The position numbers and the translations under genes were made by a program. 55,939 nt of DNA, taken from a virus. Its lineage: Duplodnaviria; Heunggongvirae; Uroviricota; Caudoviricetes. This document shows positions 39,965-52,279 of this stretch, in pieces. The stretch lies in IMG/VR virus record IMGVR_UViG_2698536620_000014, one strand, 5' to 3'. Below the pieces are notes generated by a model. The model searched no databases and had not been told where the DNA came from. It saw only the letters and a program-made list of their open reading frames with translations. Numbering within the stretch: position 1 is the stretch's first letter; every line of letters begins with the position of its first letter.

Positions 39965-40509
39965 AAACGGGGGCCGAAGCCATCCGGGCACTGGCCACAC
40001 AGCTCCCGGCATTTCGTCAGAAACTGAGCGACGGCTGGTATCAGGTGCGCATTGCCGGGCGTGATGCAGGCGAAAATGAATTATCTGCCCGTCTTAATGA
40101 ACCGCTGGCAAATGGTGCCGTGATCCACATCGTTCCGCGTCTGGCGGGTGCCAAAAGTGGCGGTGTGTTTCAGGCGGTGCTGGGTGCGGCGCTGATTGCG
40201 GTGGCATGGTGGAACCCTGTGGGCTGGCTGGGGGCCGCGGCTGTATCGGGTATGTATGCAGCAGGGGCCAGTATGATCCTGGGTGGTGTGGCGCAGATGC
40301 TGGCACCGAAAGCCAGGACGCCCACGGCAGCCAGTACAGATAACGGCAAACAGAACACGTATTTCTCGTCACTGGATAACATGGTTGCCCAGGGTAATGT
40401 TCTGCCTGTTCTGTACGGGGAAATGCGCGTGGGGTCACGTGTGGTTTCTCAGGAGATCAGCACGGCAGACGAAGGGGATGGTGGTCAGGTTGTGGTGATT
40501 GGTCGCTGA
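39862..40509 (+). CDS. Tail assembly protein I (lambda gpI-like), 215 aa
   Basis: MAATHTLPLASPGMARICLYGDLQRFGRR... matches my recollection of lambda gpI; overlaps the 3' end of K. Confidence 0.8.
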   Translation: MAATHTLPLASPGMARICLYGDLQRFGRRIDLRVKTGAEAIRALATQLPAFRQKLSDGWYQVRIAGRDAGENELSARLNEPLANGAVIHIVPRLAGAKSGGVFQAVLGAALIAVAWWNPVGWLGAAAVSGMYAAGASMILGGVAQMLAPKARTPTAASTDNGKQNTYFSSLDNMVAQGNVLPVLYGEMRVGSRVVSQEISTADEGDGGQVVVIGR

Positions 40510-40569
40510 TGCAAAATGTTTTATGAGAAACCGCCTGCGGGCGGTTTTGTCGTTTATGGAGCGTGAGGA

Positions 40570-43500
40570 ATGGGTAAAGGCAGCAGTAAGGGGCATACCC
40601 CGCGCGAAGCGAAGGACAACCTGAAGTCCACGCAGCTGCTGAGTGTGATCGATGCCATCAGTGAAGGGCCGGTTGAAGGTCCGGTGGATGGATTAAAAAG
40701 CGTGCTGCTGAACAGTACGCCGGTGCTGGACAATGAGGGGAATACCAACATCTCCGGCGTCACGGTGGTGTTCCGGGCAGGTGAGCAGGAGCAGTCACCG
40801 CCGGAGGGGTTTGAATCCTCCGGCTCCGAGACGGTGCTGGGTACGGAAGTGAAATATGACACGCCGATCACCCGGACCATCACGTCGGCAAACATCGACC
40901 GTCTGCGCTTTACCTTCGGTGTACAGGCACTGGTGGAAACCACCTCAAAGGGAGACAGGAATCCGTCGGAAGTCCGCCTGCTGGTTCAGATACAGCGTAA
41001 CGGTGGCTGGGTGACGGAAAAAGACATCACCATTAAGGGCAAAACCACCTCGCAGTATCTGGTCTCGGTGGTGGTGGATAACCTGCCTCCGCGCCCGTTC
41101 AGTATCCGGATGCGCAGGATGACACCGGACAGCACCACAGACCAGCTGCAGAACAAAACGCTCTGGTCGTCATACACCGAAATCATCGATGTGAAACAGT
41201 GCTACCCGAACACTGCACTGGTCGGCGTACAGGTGGACTCGGAGCAGTTCGGCAGCCAGCAGGTGAGTCGTAATTATCATCTTCGCGGGCGCATTCTGCA
41301 GGTGCCGTCGAACTATAACCCGCAGACGCGACAATACAGCGGTATCTGGGACGGAACGTTAAAACCAGCATACAGCAACAACATGGCCTGGTGTCTGTGG
41401 GATATGCTGACCCACCCGCGCTACGGCATGGGGAAACGTCTTGGTGCGGCGGATGTGGACAAATGGGCGCTGTATGTCATCGGCCAGTACTGCGACCAGT
41501 CAGTGCCGGACGGCTTTGGCGGCACGGAGCCGCGCATCACCTGTAATGCGTACCTGACCACACAGCGCAAGGCGTGGGATGTGCTCAGTGATTTCTGCTC
41601 GGCGATGCGCTGTATGCCGGTATGGAACGGGCAGACGCTGACGTTCGTGCAGGACCGACCGTCGGATAAGGTGTGGACCTATAACCGCAGTAATGTGGTG
41701 ATGCCGGATGATGGCGCGCCGTTCCGCTACAGCTTCAGCGCCCTGAAAGACCGCCATAATGCCGTTGAGGTGAACTGGATTGACCCGGATAACGGCTGGG
41801 AGACGGCGACAGAGCTTGTGGAGGATACGCAGGCCATTGCCCGTTACGGTCGTAACGTCACGAAGATGGATGCTTTTGGCTGTACCAGCCGGGGGCAGGC
41901 ACACCGCGCCGGGCTGTGGCTGATTAAAACAGAACTGCTGGAAACGCAGACCGTGGACTTCAGCGTGGGCGCAGAAGGGCTTCGCCATGTGCCGGGCGAT
42001 GTCATTGAAATCTGTGATGATGACTATGCGGGTATCAGCATCGGCGGGCGCGTGCTGGCGGTAAACAGCCAGACCCGGACGCTGACGCTCGACCGTGAAA
42101 TCACGCTGCCATCCTCCGGTACCATGCTGATAAGCCTGGTTGACGGAAGTGGCAATCCGGTCAGCGTGGAGGTTCAGTCCGTCACCGACGGCGTGAAGGT
42201 GAAAGTGAGCCGTGTTCCTGACGGCGTTGCTGAATACAGCGTGTGGGGGCTGAAGCTGCCGACGTTGCGCCAGCGCCTGTTCCGCTGTGTGAGTATCCGT
42301 GAGAACGATGACGGCACGTATGCCATCACTGCCGTGCAGCATGTACCGGAAAAAGAAGCCATCGTGGATAACGGGGCGCACTTTGACGGCGACCAGAGCG
42401 GCACGGTGAATGGTGTCACGCCGCCAGCGGTGCAGCACCTGACTGCCGAAGTCACCGCAGACAGCGGGGAATATCAGGTGCTGGCGCGCTGGGACACGCC
42501 GAAGGTGGTGAAGGGGGTGAGCTTTATGCTTCGCCTGACCGTGGCAGCGGATGACGGCAGTGAGCGGCTGGTCAGCACGGCCCGGACGACGGAAACCACA
42601 TACCGCTTCACGCAACTGGCGCTGGGACGGTACACGCTGACAGTCCGGGCGGTAAATGCCTGGGGACAGCAGGGCGATCCGGCGTCGGTATCGTTCAGGA
42701 TTGCCGCACCGGTAGCACCGTCGCGGATTGAGCTGACGCCGGGCTATTTTCAGATAACTGCCACGCCGCATCTTGCGGTTTATGATCCGACGGTACAGTT
42801 TGAGTTCTGGTTCTCGGAAACGCGGATTACCGATATCAGGCAGGTTGAAACCACAGCCCGCTACCTTGGCGCGGGGCTGTACTGGATAGCCGCCAGTATC
42901 AATATCAAACCGGGCCATGATTATTACTTTTATATCCGCAGTGTGAACACCGTTGGCAAATCGGCATTCGTGGAGGCCGTCGGTCGGGCGAGCGATGATG
43001 CGGAAGGTTACCTGGATTTTTTCAAAGGCAAGATAACCGAATCCCATCTCGGTAAAGAGCTGCTGGAAAAAGTTGATCTGACGGAGGATAACGCCAGCAG
43101 ACTGGATGAGTTTTCGAAAGAGTGGAAGGACGCTAACGATAAATGGAATGCGATGTGGGGCGTCAAAATTGAGCAGACCAAAGACGGCAAACATTATGTC
43201 GCGGGTATTGGCCTCAGCATGGAGGACACGGAGGAAGGCAAGCTGAGCCAGTTTCTGGTTGCCGCCAATCGTATCGCGTTTATTGACCCGGCAAACGGGA
43301 ATGAAACGCCGATGTTTGTGGCGCAGGGCAACCAGATATTCATGAACGACGTGTTCCTGAAGCGCCTGACAGCCCCCGCCATTACCAGCGGTGGCAGTCC
43401 TCCGGTATTTTCCCTGACATCAGACGGAAAGCTGACCGCTAAAAATGCGGATATCAGTGGTAGTGTGAATGCGAACTCAGGAACGCTCAACAATGTCACG

Positions 43501-43983
43501 ATTAACCAGAACTGTACGATTAAGGGCATGCTGGAGGCGACCCAGGTCAGAGGGGATTTCGTTAAAGCTGTATCAAAAGCCTTCCCGAAAAAAGTCGGTA
43601 CGTGGGGTAACACGGAAACACCAGACGGTACGGTTACAGTCACCATCAGCGATGATCATAACTTTGACCGCCAGATTATTATTCCGCCCATTATTTTTAA
43701 CGGTATAGCGTATGACGATCCGGGGAGCGGAAATAACCCAGGAGGCACGCGATACACGGGTTATGGTTTTGAAGTTCGCAAAAACGGCGTATTAATCGCA
43801 TCCAGAGAAACTAAAGGTGCCATTCCCGGTAGTTACAGTGCAGTTATTGATATGCCTAGTGGTGGTGGTAGCGTCACTCTGGAGTTTAAGATTTTCCAGA
43901 AAGGCAATCAGGGGGCAGGCAATATCACCGACTGTACGGTGATTGTGACCAAAAAAGCGGCTTCCGGCATCAGTATTCGTTGA
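40570..43983 (+). CDS. Tail tip / host specificity protein J, 1137 aa
   Basis: Lambda gpJ-sized ORF following gpI. Confidence 0.9.
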   Translation: MGKGSSKGHTPREAKDNLKSTQLLSVIDAISEGPVEGPVDGLKSVLLNSTPVLDNEGNTNISGVTVVFRAGEQEQSPPEGFESSGSETVLGTEVKYDTPITRTITSANIDRLRFTFGVQALVETTSKGDRNPSEVRLLVQIQRNGGWVTEKDITIKGKTTSQYLVSVVVDNLPPRPFSIRMRRMTPDSTTDQLQNKTLWSSYTEIIDVKQCYPNTALVGVQVDSEQFGSQQVSRNYHLRGRILQVPSNYNPQTRQYSGIWDGTLKPAYSNNMAWCLWDMLTHPRYGMGKRLGAADVDKWALYVIGQYCDQSVPDGFGGTEPRITCNAYLTTQRKAWDVLSDFCSAMRCMPVWNGQTLTFVQDRPSDKVWTYNRSNVVMPDDGAPFRYSFSALKDRHNAVEVNWIDPDNGWETATELVEDTQAIARYGRNVTKMDAFGCTSRGQAHRAGLWLIKTELLETQTVDFSVGAEGLRHVPGDVIEICDDDYAGISIGGRVLAVNSQTRTLTLDREITLPSSGTMLISLVDGSGNPVSVEVQSVTDGVKVKVSRVPDGVAEYSVWGLKLPTLRQRLFRCVSIRENDDGTYAITAVQHVPEKEAIVDNGAHFDGDQSGTVNGVTPPAVQHLTAEVTADSGEYQVLARWDTPKVVKGVSFMLRLTVAADDGSERLVSTARTTETTYRFTQLALGRYTLTVRAVNAWGQQGDPASVSFRIAAPVAPSRIELTPGYFQITATPHLAVYDPTVQFEFWFSETRITDIRQVETTARYLGAGLYWIAASINIKPGHDYYFYIRSVNTVGKSAFVEAVGRASDDAEGYLDFFKGKITESHLGKELLEKVDLTEDNASRLDEFSKEWKDANDKWNAMWGVKIEQTKDGKHYVAGIGLSMEDTEEGKLSQFLVAANRIAFIDPANGNETPMFVAQGNQIFMNDVFLKRLTAPAITSGGSPPVFSLTSDGKLTAKNADISGSVNANSGTLNNVTINQNCTIKGMLEATQVRGDFVKAVSKAFPKKVGTWGNTETPDGTVTVTISDDHNFDRQIIIPPIIFNGIAYDDPGSGNNPGGTRYTGYGFEVRKNGVLIASRETKGAIPGSYSAVIDMPSGGGSVTLEFKIFQKGNQGAGNITDCTVIVTKKAASGISIR

Positions 43984-44053
43984 AATATTTATAACCCCAA
44001 TAAATGGCGTCAGGAATGACGCCTTTTTTATTGCAGAAAAGCGAGAGGTAATT

Positions 44054-44697
44054 ATGCGTAAACTTTATGCCGCCATTTTGTCCGCAGCCATTTGTCTGGC
44101 CGTATCCGGTGCGCCTGCATGGGCGTCTGAACATCAGTCCACGCTGAGCGCGGGGTATCTTCATNNNNNNNNNNNNNNNNNNNNNNNNNNNNNNNNNNNN
44201 NNNNNNNNNNNNNNNNNNNNNNNNNNNNNNNNNNNNNNNNNNNNNNNNNNNNNNNNNNNNNNNNNNNNNNNNNNNNNNNNNNNNNNNNNNNNNNNNNNNN
44301 NTTCAGCTATGCAGGAGACAAGAATCGCCAGCTGACCCGTTACAGCGATACCCGCTGGTATGAAGATTCCGTGCGTAACCGCTGGTTCAGCGTGATGGCG
44401 GGGCCGTCTGTGCGCGTGAATGAATGGTTCAGCGCGTATGCGATGGCGGGTGTGGCTTACAGCCGTGTGTCGACTTTTTCCGGGGATTATATCCGCGTAA
44501 CTGACAATAAGGGGAAAACGCACGATGTGCTGACCGGAAGTGATGACGGTCGCCACAGCAACACGTCTCTGGCGTGGGGAGCTGGCGTGCAGTTTAACCC
44601 GACCGAATCCGTGGCCATTGATATTGCTTATGAAGGCTCCGGCAGTGGCGACTGGCGCACTGACGGTTTCATCGTGGGTGTCGGTTATAAATTCTGA
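44054..44697 (+). CDS. lom: Lom/Ail-family outer membrane protein; middle of gene replaced by assembly gap
   Basis: Signal peptide MRKLYAAILSAAICLAVSGAPAWA before the gap; after it, beta-barrel C-terminus ...SGSGDWRTDGFIVGVGYKF closely matching lambda Lom. Confidence 0.7.
44165..44301. other. Assembly gap (137 N) inside lom
   Basis: Run of N. Confidence 0.99.
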
Positions 44698-44724
44698 TTA
44701 GCCAGGTAACACAGTGTTATGACA

Positions 44725-44750
44725 GCCCGCCGGTTCAGGCGGGCTTTTTT
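44725..44750 (+). terminator. Rho-independent terminator after lom
   Basis: gcccgcc-ggttca-ggcgggc hairpin followed by tttttt. Confidence 0.6.
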
Positions 44751-44761
44751 GTGGGGTGAAT

Positions 44762-46542
44762 ATGGCAGTAAAGATTTCAGGTGTACTGAAAGACGGCACA
44801 GGAAAACCGGTACAGAACTGCACAATCCAGCTGAAAGCAAAACGTAACAGCACCACGGTGGTGGTGAACACGCTGGCCTCAGAAAATCCGGATGAAGCCG
44901 GGCGTTACAGCATGGACGTTGAGTACGGTCAGTACAGCGTTATTCTGTTGGTGGAAGGATTCCCGCCGTCACATGCCGGGACCATCACCGTGTATGAAGA
45001 TTCCCGACCCGGTACGCTGAATGATTTTCTCGGTGCCATGACGGAGGATGATGCCCGTCCGGAGGCTCTGCGCCGTTTTGAACTGATGGTGGAAGAGGTG
45101 GCGCGTAACGCGTCCGCGGTGGCACAGAACACGGCAGCCGCGAAGAAGTCAGCCAGTGATGCCGGCACATCTGCCCGTGAGGCGGCAACCCATGCGACTG
45201 ATGCTGCAGGCTCAGCGCGTGCAGCCAGCACGTCAGCCGGACAGGCCGCGACTTCGGCTCAGGAGGCGTCTTCCAGCGCAGGAACGGCATCAACAAAGGC
45301 CACTGAAGCATCAAAAAGTGCTGCCGCTGCAGAGTCCTCAAAAAGCGCGGCGGCCACCAGTGCCGGTGCGGCGAAAACGTCAGAAACGAATGCTGCAGCG
45401 TCACAAAAATCAGCAGCCACTTCTGCATCCACTGCGACAACGAAAGCGTCAGAAGCCGCCACTTCAGCCAGAGATGCGGCGGCCTCCAAAGAGGCGGCAA
45501 AATCATCAGAAACGAACGCCTCCACAAGCGCCAGCAGTGCAGCCTCCTCGGCAACGGCGGCAGGAAATTCCGTGAAGGCGGCAAAAACGTCCGAGACGAA
45601 TGCTAAGTCTTCTGAAACGGCAGCGGAACAGAGCGCCTCAGCTGCGGCAGACTCTGAGACAGCAGCTGCATCATCGGCCCGTGAGGCGTCCATTAAGGCA
45701 GAGGAGGCAGCAGTCAGTGCCACCGCCGCCGGAAAATCGGCAGAAAGCGCCGCATCATCCGCTTCAACAGCCACAACGAAGGCTGGCGAAGCCACTGAAC
45801 AGGCCAGCGCAGCAGCGAGGTCTGCTTCCGCAGCGAAGACATCCGAAACGAACGCGAAAGCGTCGGAAACCAGCGCAGAATCCTCAAAAACGGCTGCCGC
45901 ATCGTCCGCCAGTTCGGCGGCGTCATCGGCATCATCTGCGTCTGCTTCAAAAGATGAGGCGACCAGACAGGCGTCAGCAGCGAGGGGCAGCGCCACGACG
46001 GCATCCACGAAGGCGACAGAGGCTGCTGGCAGTGCGGCAGCGGCAGCACAGAGCAAAAGTACGGCGGAATCCGCGGCAACGCGCGCCGAGACAGCAGCAA
46101 AACGGGCAGAGGATATTGCATCCGCCGTGGCGCTTGAGGATGCGAGCACGACGAAAAAGGGGATAGTACAGCTCAGCAGTGCGACCAACAGCACTTCCGA
46201 GTCACAGGCGGCAACGCCAAAAGCCGTTAAGGCCGCGTATGACCTGGCTAACGGGAAATACACCGCACAGGATGCAACGACAGCACAAAAAGGAATTGTC
46301 CAGCTCAGTAGTGCAACCAACAGCACATCTGAAACGCTTGCTGCGACACCGAAAGCAGTGAAAGCAGCTAATGACAATGCGAATGGTCGGGTACCTTCTG
46401 CCCGTAAGGTGAATGGTAAGGCGCTTTCAGCGGATATAACACTGACGCCGAAAGATATTGGTACGCTTAACTCAACAACAATGTCATTCAGCTATGCAGG
46501 AGACAAGAATCGCCAGCTGACCCGTTACAGCGATACCCGCTG
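44762..46542 (+). other. Side tail fibre gene, diverged 5' copy; reading frame runs into lom-derived sequence and a contig junction
   Basis: ATG 44762; near-identical to the N-terminus of the stf at 46814 for about the first 130 codons, then diverges in the Ala/Ser/Thr repeat region; after ...LNSTTMS (46486) the sequence is the 56-57 nt lom segment also found at 44302-44358, then a single N. Confidence 0.5.
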
Positions 46543-46749
46543 GNTCGCGTAACTGACAACAAGGGGAAAACGCACGATGTGCTGACCGGAAGTGATGACG
46601 GTCGCCACAGCAACACGTCTCTGGCGTGGGGAGCTGGCGTGCAGTTTAACCCGACCGAATCCGTGGCCATTGATATTGCTTATGAAGGCTCCGGCAGTGG
46701 CGACTGGCGCACTGACGGTTTCATCGTGGGTGTCGGTTATAAATTCTGA
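46487..46749 (+). other. Second partial copy of the lom 3' region (contains single-N contig join at 46543)
   Basis: Matches 44302-44358 and 44494-44697 of the first lom copy with at least one substitution; about 136 nt of the first copy is absent at the N. Confidence 0.5.
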
Positions 46750-46776
46750 TTAGCCAGGTAACACAGTGTTATGACA

Positions 46777-46802
46777 GCCCGCCGGTTCAGGCGGGCTTTT
46801 TT
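46777..46802 (+). terminator. Rho-independent terminator (copy of the lom terminator)
   Basis: Same gcccgcc / ggcgggc hairpin plus T-run as at 44725-44750. Confidence 0.6.
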
Positions 46803-46813
46803 GTGGGGTGAAT

Positions 46814-49800
46814 ATGGCAGTAAAGATTTCAGGTGTACTGAAAGACGGCACAGGAAAACCGGTACAGAACTGCACAATCCAGCTGAAAGCAAAACGTAAC
46901 AGCACCACGGTGGTGGTGAACACGCTGGCCTCAGAAAATCCGGATGAAGCCGGGCGTTACAGCATGGACGTTGAGTACGGGCAGTACAGCGTTATTCTGT
47001 TGGTGGAGGGATTCCCGCCGTCACATGCCGGGACCATCACCGTGTATGAAGATTCCCGACCCGGTACGCTGAATGATTTTCTCGGTGCCATGACGGAGGA
47101 TGATGCCCGTCCTGAGGCACTGCGCCGCTTTGAACTGATGGTGGAAGAGGTGGCGCGTAACGCGTCCGCGGTGGCACAGAACACGGCAGCCGCGAAGAAA
47201 TCAGCCAGCGATGCCAGCACATCAGCCCGTGAGGCGGCAACCCGTGCGACTGATGCTGCAGGCTCAGCACGAGCAGCCAGCACGTCAGCCGGACAGGCCG
47301 CTTCGTCGGCTCAGTCTGCGTCTTCCAGCGCAGGAACGGCATCAGCAAAGGCCACTGAAGCATCAAAAAGTGCTGCCGCTGCAGAGTCCTCAAAAAGCGC
47401 GGCGGCCACCAGTGCCGGTGCGGCGAAAACGTCAGAAACGAATGCGGCAGCGTCACAACAATCAGCTGCCACTTCTGCATCCACCGCGACCACGAAAGCG
47501 TCAGAAGCAGCCACCTCAGCCAGAGATGCGTCGGCTTCAAAAGAGGCGGCAAAATTATCAGAAACGAGCGCAGCTTCGAGCGCCAGTAATGCCGCTTCCT
47601 CGGCAACGGCGGCAGGAAATTCCGCGAAGGCGGCAAAGACGTCTGAGACAAACGCTAAGTCCTCTGAAACGGCAGCAGCACAGAGTGCCTCCGCAGCAGC
47701 AGGCTCAAAAACAGCGGCTGCGTCGTCTGCCAGTGCAGCGTCAACAAGTGCCGGGCAGGCCTCAGCCAGTGCTAGCGCCGCCGGAAAATCGGCAGAAAGC
47801 GCCGCATCGTCCGCTTCAACAGCCACAACGAAGGCTGGCGAAGCCACTGAACAGGCCAGTGCAGCAGCGAGGTCTGCTTCCGCAGCGAAGACATCGGAGA
47901 CGAACGCGAAAGCGTCGGAGACCAGCGCAGAATCCTCAAAAACGGCTGCCGCATCGTCCGCCAGTTCGGCGGCGTCATCGGCATCATCGGCGTCTGCTTC
48001 AAAAGATGAGGCGACCAGACAAGCGTCCGCAGCGAAGGGCAGCGCCACGACAGCATCCACGAAGGCGACAGAGGCTGCTGGCAGTGCGACGGCGGCAGCA
48101 CAGAGCAAAAGTACGGCGGAATCCGCGGCAACGCGCGCCGAGACAGCGGCAAAACGTGCAGAGGATATTGCATCCGCCGTGGCGCTTGAGGATGCGAGCA
48201 CGACGAAAAAGGGGATAGTACAGCTCAGTAGTGCGACTAATAGCACGTCTGAAACGCTGGCGGCAACGCCAAAGGCAGTAAAAGCAGCCAATGACAATGC
48301 TGAGAAACGTCTGCAGAAAGACCAGAACGGCGCTGATATACCCGATAAGGGACGCTTCCTGAACAACATTAACGCGGTCAGTAAAACAGACTTTGCTGAT
48401 AAGCGTGGTATGCGTTATGTGCGGGTTAACGCTCCTGCAGGTGCAACATCTGGAAAATATTACCCTGTTGTTGTTATGCGTTCTGCTGGCTCAGTAAGCG
48501 AACTGGCATCAAGGGTCATTATCACCACGGCAACGCGAATCGCAGGCGATCCGATGAATAACTGCGAGTTTAACGGATTTGTTATGCCTGGTGGCTGGAC
48601 TGACAGGGGGCGTTATGCTTATGGAATGTTCTGGCAATATCAAAACAATGAACGAGCCATCCACTCAATAATGATGAGTAATAAGGGCGATGATTTGCGC
48701 TCTGTGTTCTATGTTGATGGCGCTGCTTTCCCTGTTTTTGCGTTTCTCGAAGATGGCCTGTCAATATCCGCACCTGGTGCTGATCTCGTTGTTAATGATA
48801 CGACCTATAAGTTTGGGGCAACAAATCCGGCGACTGAATGTATCGCGGCGGACGTTATCCTTGATTTTAAGAGTGGGCGTGGTTTTTATGAGTCTCATTC
48901 GTTAATCGTTAACGATAACTTGTCGTGCAAAAAACTTTTTGCCACAGACGAAATTGTAGCGCGTGGTGGTAATCAGATTCGAATGATAGGTGGGGAGTAT
49001 GGTGCATTATGGCGTAATGATGGCGCTAAAACTTACCTGCTGCTTACCAATCAAGGTGATGTTTATGGTGGCTGGAATACATTAAGACCGTTTGTTATTG
49101 ATAACGCAACCGGCGAACTGGTTATTGGAACCAAACTGTCTGCAAGTCTGAACGGTAACGCATTGACAGCAACAAAGCTGCAAACGCCAAGACTGGTTTC
49201 TGGTGTTGAGTTTGATGGTTCCAAAGATATTACTTTAACCGCCGCGCATGTGGCTGCTTTTGCCAGAAGGGCAACGGATACATATGCCGATGCGGATGGT
49301 GGCGTTCCATGGAATGCCGAATCAGGCGCTTACAATGTCACCCGCTCTGGCAACAGCTATATTCTGGTTAACTTCTATACCGGAGTCGGAAGTTGCCGGA
49401 CCTTGCAGATGAAGGCGCATTACAGAAATGGTGGTCTGTTCTACCGTTCTTCAAGAGACGGTTATGGTTTTGAGGAAGACTGGGCAGAAGTTTATACCTC
49501 GAAAAATCTTCCACCAGAAAGCTACCCAGTCGGTGCACCAATCCCGTGGCCATCAGATACCGTTCCGTCTGGTTATGCCCTGATGCAGGGACAGACTTTT
49601 GACAAATCTGCTTACCCGAAACTTGCAGCCGTTTATCCGTCAGGTGTGATCCCTGATATGCGTGGCTGGACGATTAAGGGCAAACCTGCCAGTGGTCGGG
49701 CCGTATTGTCTCAGGAACAGGACGGCATTAAATCGCATACCCACAGCGCCAGCGCATCCAGTACGGATTTGGGGACGAAAACCACATCGTCGTTTGATTA

Positions 49801-50212
49801 CGGCACTAAATCCACGAATAACACTGGTGCGCATACCCATAGTTTAAGTGGCAGCACGAATGCAGCTGGTAATCACAGCCATAGAGATGGCCGTCGATTT
49901 AACCCCAGTGTTTTTAAAGATACTTATCAATATGGTTATACAAGCTCAGGTCAAAATACCTGGGGTGTACAAGGCTCAGTAGGTATGTCTACGGGGTGGT
50001 TAGCGAATACCAGTACAGATGGTAATCATAGCCACTCACTGTCCGGCACAGCAGCATCTGCAGGTGCACACGCGCATACTGTCGGTATTGGTGCTCATAC
50101 GCACTCCGTTGCGATTGGTTCACATGGACATACCATCACCGTTAACGCTGCGGGTAACGCGGAAAACACCGTCAAAAACATCGCATTTAACTATATTGTG
50201 AGGCTTGCATAA
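46814..50212 (+). CDS. stfR: Side tail fibre protein (StfR-like), about 1132 aa
   Basis: ATG 46814 after GGGGTG; long Ala/Ser/Thr-rich repeat region; His-rich C-terminus (GAHTHSLSG...GNHSHSLSG...[24 protein letters not shown]) typical of fibre tips; followed by tfa. Confidence 0.85.
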   Translation: MAVKISGVLKDGTGKPVQNCTIQLKAKRNSTTVVVNTLASENPDEAGRYSMDVEYGQYSVILLVEGFPPSHAGTITVYEDSRPGTLNDFLGAMTEDDARPEALRRFELMVEEVARNASAVAQNTAAAKKSASDASTSAREAATRATDAAGSARAASTSAGQAASSAQSASSSAGTASAKATEASKSAAAAESSKSAAATSAGAAKTSETNAAASQQSAATSASTATTKASEAATSARDASASKEAAKLSETSAASSASNAASSATAAGNSAKAAKTSETNAKSSETAAAQSASAAAGSKTAAASSASAASTSAGQASASASAAGKSAESAASSASTATTKAGEATEQASAAARSASAAKTSETNAKASETSAESSKTAAASSASSAASSASSASASKDEATRQASAAKGSATTASTKATEAAGSATAAAQSKSTAESAATRAETAAKRAEDIASAVALEDASTTKKGIVQLSSATNSTSETLAATPKAVKAANDNAEKRLQKDQNGADIPDKGRFLNNINAVSKTDFADKRGMRYVRVNAPAGATSGKYYPVVVMRSAGSVSELASRVIITTATRIAGDPMNNCEFNGFVMPGGWTDRGRYAYGMFWQYQNNERAIHSIMMSNKGDDLRSVFYVDGAAFPVFAFLEDGLSISAPGADLVVNDTTYKFGATNPATECIAADVILDFKSGRGFYESHSLIVNDNLSCKKLFATDEIVARGGNQIRMIGGEYGALWRNDGAKTYLLLTNQGDVYGGWNTLRPFVIDNATGELVIGTKLSASLNGNALTATKLQTPRLVSGVEFDGSKDITLTAAHVAAFARRATDTYADADGGVPWNAESGAYNVTRSGNSYILVNFYTGVGSCRTLQMKAHYRNGGLFYRSSRDGYGFEEDWAEVYTSKNLPPESYPVGAPIPWPSDTVPSGYALMQGQTFDKSAYPKLAAVYPSGVIPDMRGWTIKGKPASGRAVLSQEQDGIKSHTHSASASSTDLGTKTTSSFDYGTKSTNNTGAHTHSLSGSTNAAGNHSHRDGRRFNPSVFKDTYQYGYTSSGQNTWGVQGSVGMSTGWLANTSTDGNHSHSLSGTAASAGAHAHTVGIGAHTHSVAIGSHGHTITVNAAGNAENTVKNIAFNYIVRLA

Positions 50213-50796
50213 TGGCATTCAGAATGAGTGAACAACCACGGACCATAAAAATTTATAATCTGCTGACCGGAACTAATGAATTTATTGGTGAAGGTGACGC
50301 ATATATTCCGCCTCATACAGGTCTGCCAGCAAACAGTACCTATATTGCACCGCCAGATATTCCGGCTGGCTTTGTGGCTGTTTTCAACAGTGATGAGGCA
50401 TCGTGGCATCTCGTTGAAGACCATCGGGGTAAAACGGTTTATGACGTAGCGTCAGGGGACGCGTTATTTATTTCTGAACTCGGTCCGTTACCGGAAAATG
50501 TTACCTGGTTATCCCCGGAAGGGGAATATCAGAAGTGGAACGGTACAGCTTGGGTGAAAGATGCAGAAGCAGAAAAACTATTCCGGATCCGGGAGGCGGA
50601 AGAAACAAAAAACAGCCTGATGCAGGTAGCCAGTGAGCATATTGCGCCGCTTCAGGATGCTGCAGATCTGGAAATCGCAACGGAGGAAGAAACCTCGTTG
50701 CTGGAAGCCTGGAAAAAGTATCGGGTGTTGCTGAACCGTGTTGATACATCAACTGCACCTGATATTGAGTGGCCTGCGGTCCCTGTTATGGAGTAA
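50212..50796 (+). CDS. tfaR: Tail fibre assembly protein (Tfa), 194 aa
   Basis: ATGG overlap with the stf stop; size and position of lambdoid Tfa. Confidence 0.85.
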   Translation: MAFRMSEQPRTIKIYNLLTGTNEFIGEGDAYIPPHTGLPANSTYIAPPDIPAGFVAVFNSDEASWHLVEDHRGKTVYDVASGDALFISELGPLPENVTWLSPEGEYQKWNGTAWVKDAEAEKLFRIREAEETKNSLMQVASEHIAPLQDAADLEIATEEETSLLEAWKKYRVLLNRVDTSTAPDIEWPAVPVME

Positions 50797-50908
50797 TCGT
50801 TTTGTGATATGCCGCAGCAACTTGTCATGGCAGGATACTGCGGCTGATTTGTGAATTTAAATAGTGTGTTTATTGCTTTATATATAAAGGATTTAATGGA
50901 TTACATAT

Positions 50909-52279
50909 CTATGATATCCCTGAAATGTCCTCTTCAAGCTCTTTTACTGATTTCGCAATTTTAAATTTAAATTTTCTCTCTATTTCACTATTGCTAAGTT
51001 TTTTTTCATTCTCTTTCCCTATCCACATAGAAACAATTTCTCGTTTCTGAGATATATGTAGATTGTCAAAGTTAGGTATGTATTTAAAAGTCTCCGCTCT
51101 ACCCCTGCGGAGTTCATAGAAAGTTTTAATCAAAGACTTTGGTTTTATTTCTGATGAAAGGCCGAATCGGCGGATAAGATTATTGATCGTATGATTAACA
51201 GCTCGAAGTTGAGCTGTTGACGTTATTTGTGAGAAGTACGATACCCATCCCAATCGTTTACCTTCAAACACACATCCCGTAATTCTAAGATTTAGTTTCC
51301 ACTGACAATATGCAACAGCTCGTTCTTTATCGCGCTTATTTTTAGCTTGTAGTAGAGCGTGTCTATATGCAGTAAAAATTTTTGCTAAGGATGACTCAAA
51401 TCTAAGAATGCTCTCATGTTTTATCAATAATTCTCGATTTTTTATGTGGTAGCCCAAAAAGTTGAAACTTTCATCCAAGCTGCCTACTTTGGATTTTGAG
51501 TTCTCTTCATTTAATGGATGTGGGTTTAAATTTAATGATTGAAGCTTATCAATGATATGAGAAGCTATTTTTGTTGCTTGATATTTTGGTGTTAAAATAA
51601 GAATGTCATCAACGTATCGCATGTACCATATGTCATGCATTTTATTGATTTCATCATCGAAATTAGATAGTGATATTTCAGCTAAAATGTTTGATATCGC
51701 TAATCCCTGAGGTACTCCTCTGGTATTATTAGGGATACCTTTGCTTCCTGTGGTTCCACTTACAGTAGGCACGATTAATGATGATGTTATTAACTGTCTA
51801 ATTTCTTTTTTTCTAATTTTATTTTTTATTGCATTAATTATCAATTTATGTTCAATTGAAGGATAGAAACTTTTAAGATCTATTTTTGCATATTCAGCAT
51901 ATAGACTGTTGTTTAATGCTTCTTTCAATGAGTCAATTACTGTATGTGGTAGTTTTAATCTGGACTTAGGATATATTTCCGTAAGGCATTCACAGAGAGC
52001 TCTAAGAGTAATTCTGTCCCTAGCAGTTGGTATGGAAATCTGTCTGGGTGTAGAGTTAGCGCCTTTAGATATTAATTTTTCTTTATATGCTGTAAATTTG
52101 TAATTGCCAGAATTAACCTTTTCAAAAATGAAAGTGATCTCATTTTTTATTGTCAAATCAAGTTTTGATGGGCGAATCCGATCTATGCCAATCGCTCCTG
52201 ATTCTTTGATTTTTTCAGAGTATACTTTTAGAAGATTTTTTTTCGAGAATGACTTTTTAAAAATTCTGCTTGCAGTCAT
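50909..52279 (-). CDS. Reverse transcriptase (defence-associated type: retron-like or UG/Abi-like), 456 aa
   Basis: RT motifs in translation: KIDLKSFYPSI, GVPQGLAISNILAEISL, YMRYVDDILIL (YxDD active site), FNFLGYHI. ATG at 52277-52279 lies 23 nt inside the upstream membrane-protein ORF. AT-rich. Confidence 0.85.
   Translation of the reverse strand: MTASRIFKKSFSKKNLLKVYSEKIKESGAIGIDRIRPSKLDLTIKNEITFIFEKVNSGNYKFTAYKEKLISKGANSTPRQISIPTARDRITLRALCECLTEIYPKSRLKLPHTVIDSLKEALNNSLYAEYAKIDLKSFYPSIEHKLIINAIKNKIRKKEIRQLITSSLIVPTVSGTTGSKGIPNNTRGVPQGLAISNILAEISLSNFDDEINKMHDIWYMRYVDDILILTPKYQATKIASHIIDKLQSLNLNPHPLNEENSKSKVGSLDESFNFLGYHIKNRELLIKHESILRFESSLAKIFTAYRHALLQAKNKRDKERAVAYCQWKLNLRITGCVFEGKRLGWVSYFSQITSTAQLRAVNHTINNLIRRFGLSSEIKPKSLIKTFYELRRGRAETFKYIPNFDNLHISQKREIVSMWIGKENEKKLSNSEIERKFKFKIAKSVKELEEDISGIS

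Noticed and set aside
41500-43194. 564-aa minus-strand ORF lying entirely inside the J gene
   Set aside because: Antisense to a long, well-supported tail gene; Arg/Pro/His-rich composition typical of a GC-rich antisense frame; no RBS or operon context.
45259-46377. Long Ala-rich minus-strand ORFs (45259-46377, 47311-48369) and Arg/Pro-rich plus-strand ORFs (45156-45575, 45600-46166, 47211-48218) in the stf region
   Set aside because: All overlap the Ala/Ser/Thr repeat region of the tail fibre gene in other frames; low-complexity products generated by the GC-rich repeat.
50909-52279. Reverse transcriptase as a group II intron maturase
   Set aside because: No intron-like RNA domains flank the ORF, the gene is translationally coupled to a membrane-protein gene, and no endonuclease-type C-terminal Cys/His motif was seen; needs HMM confirmation.
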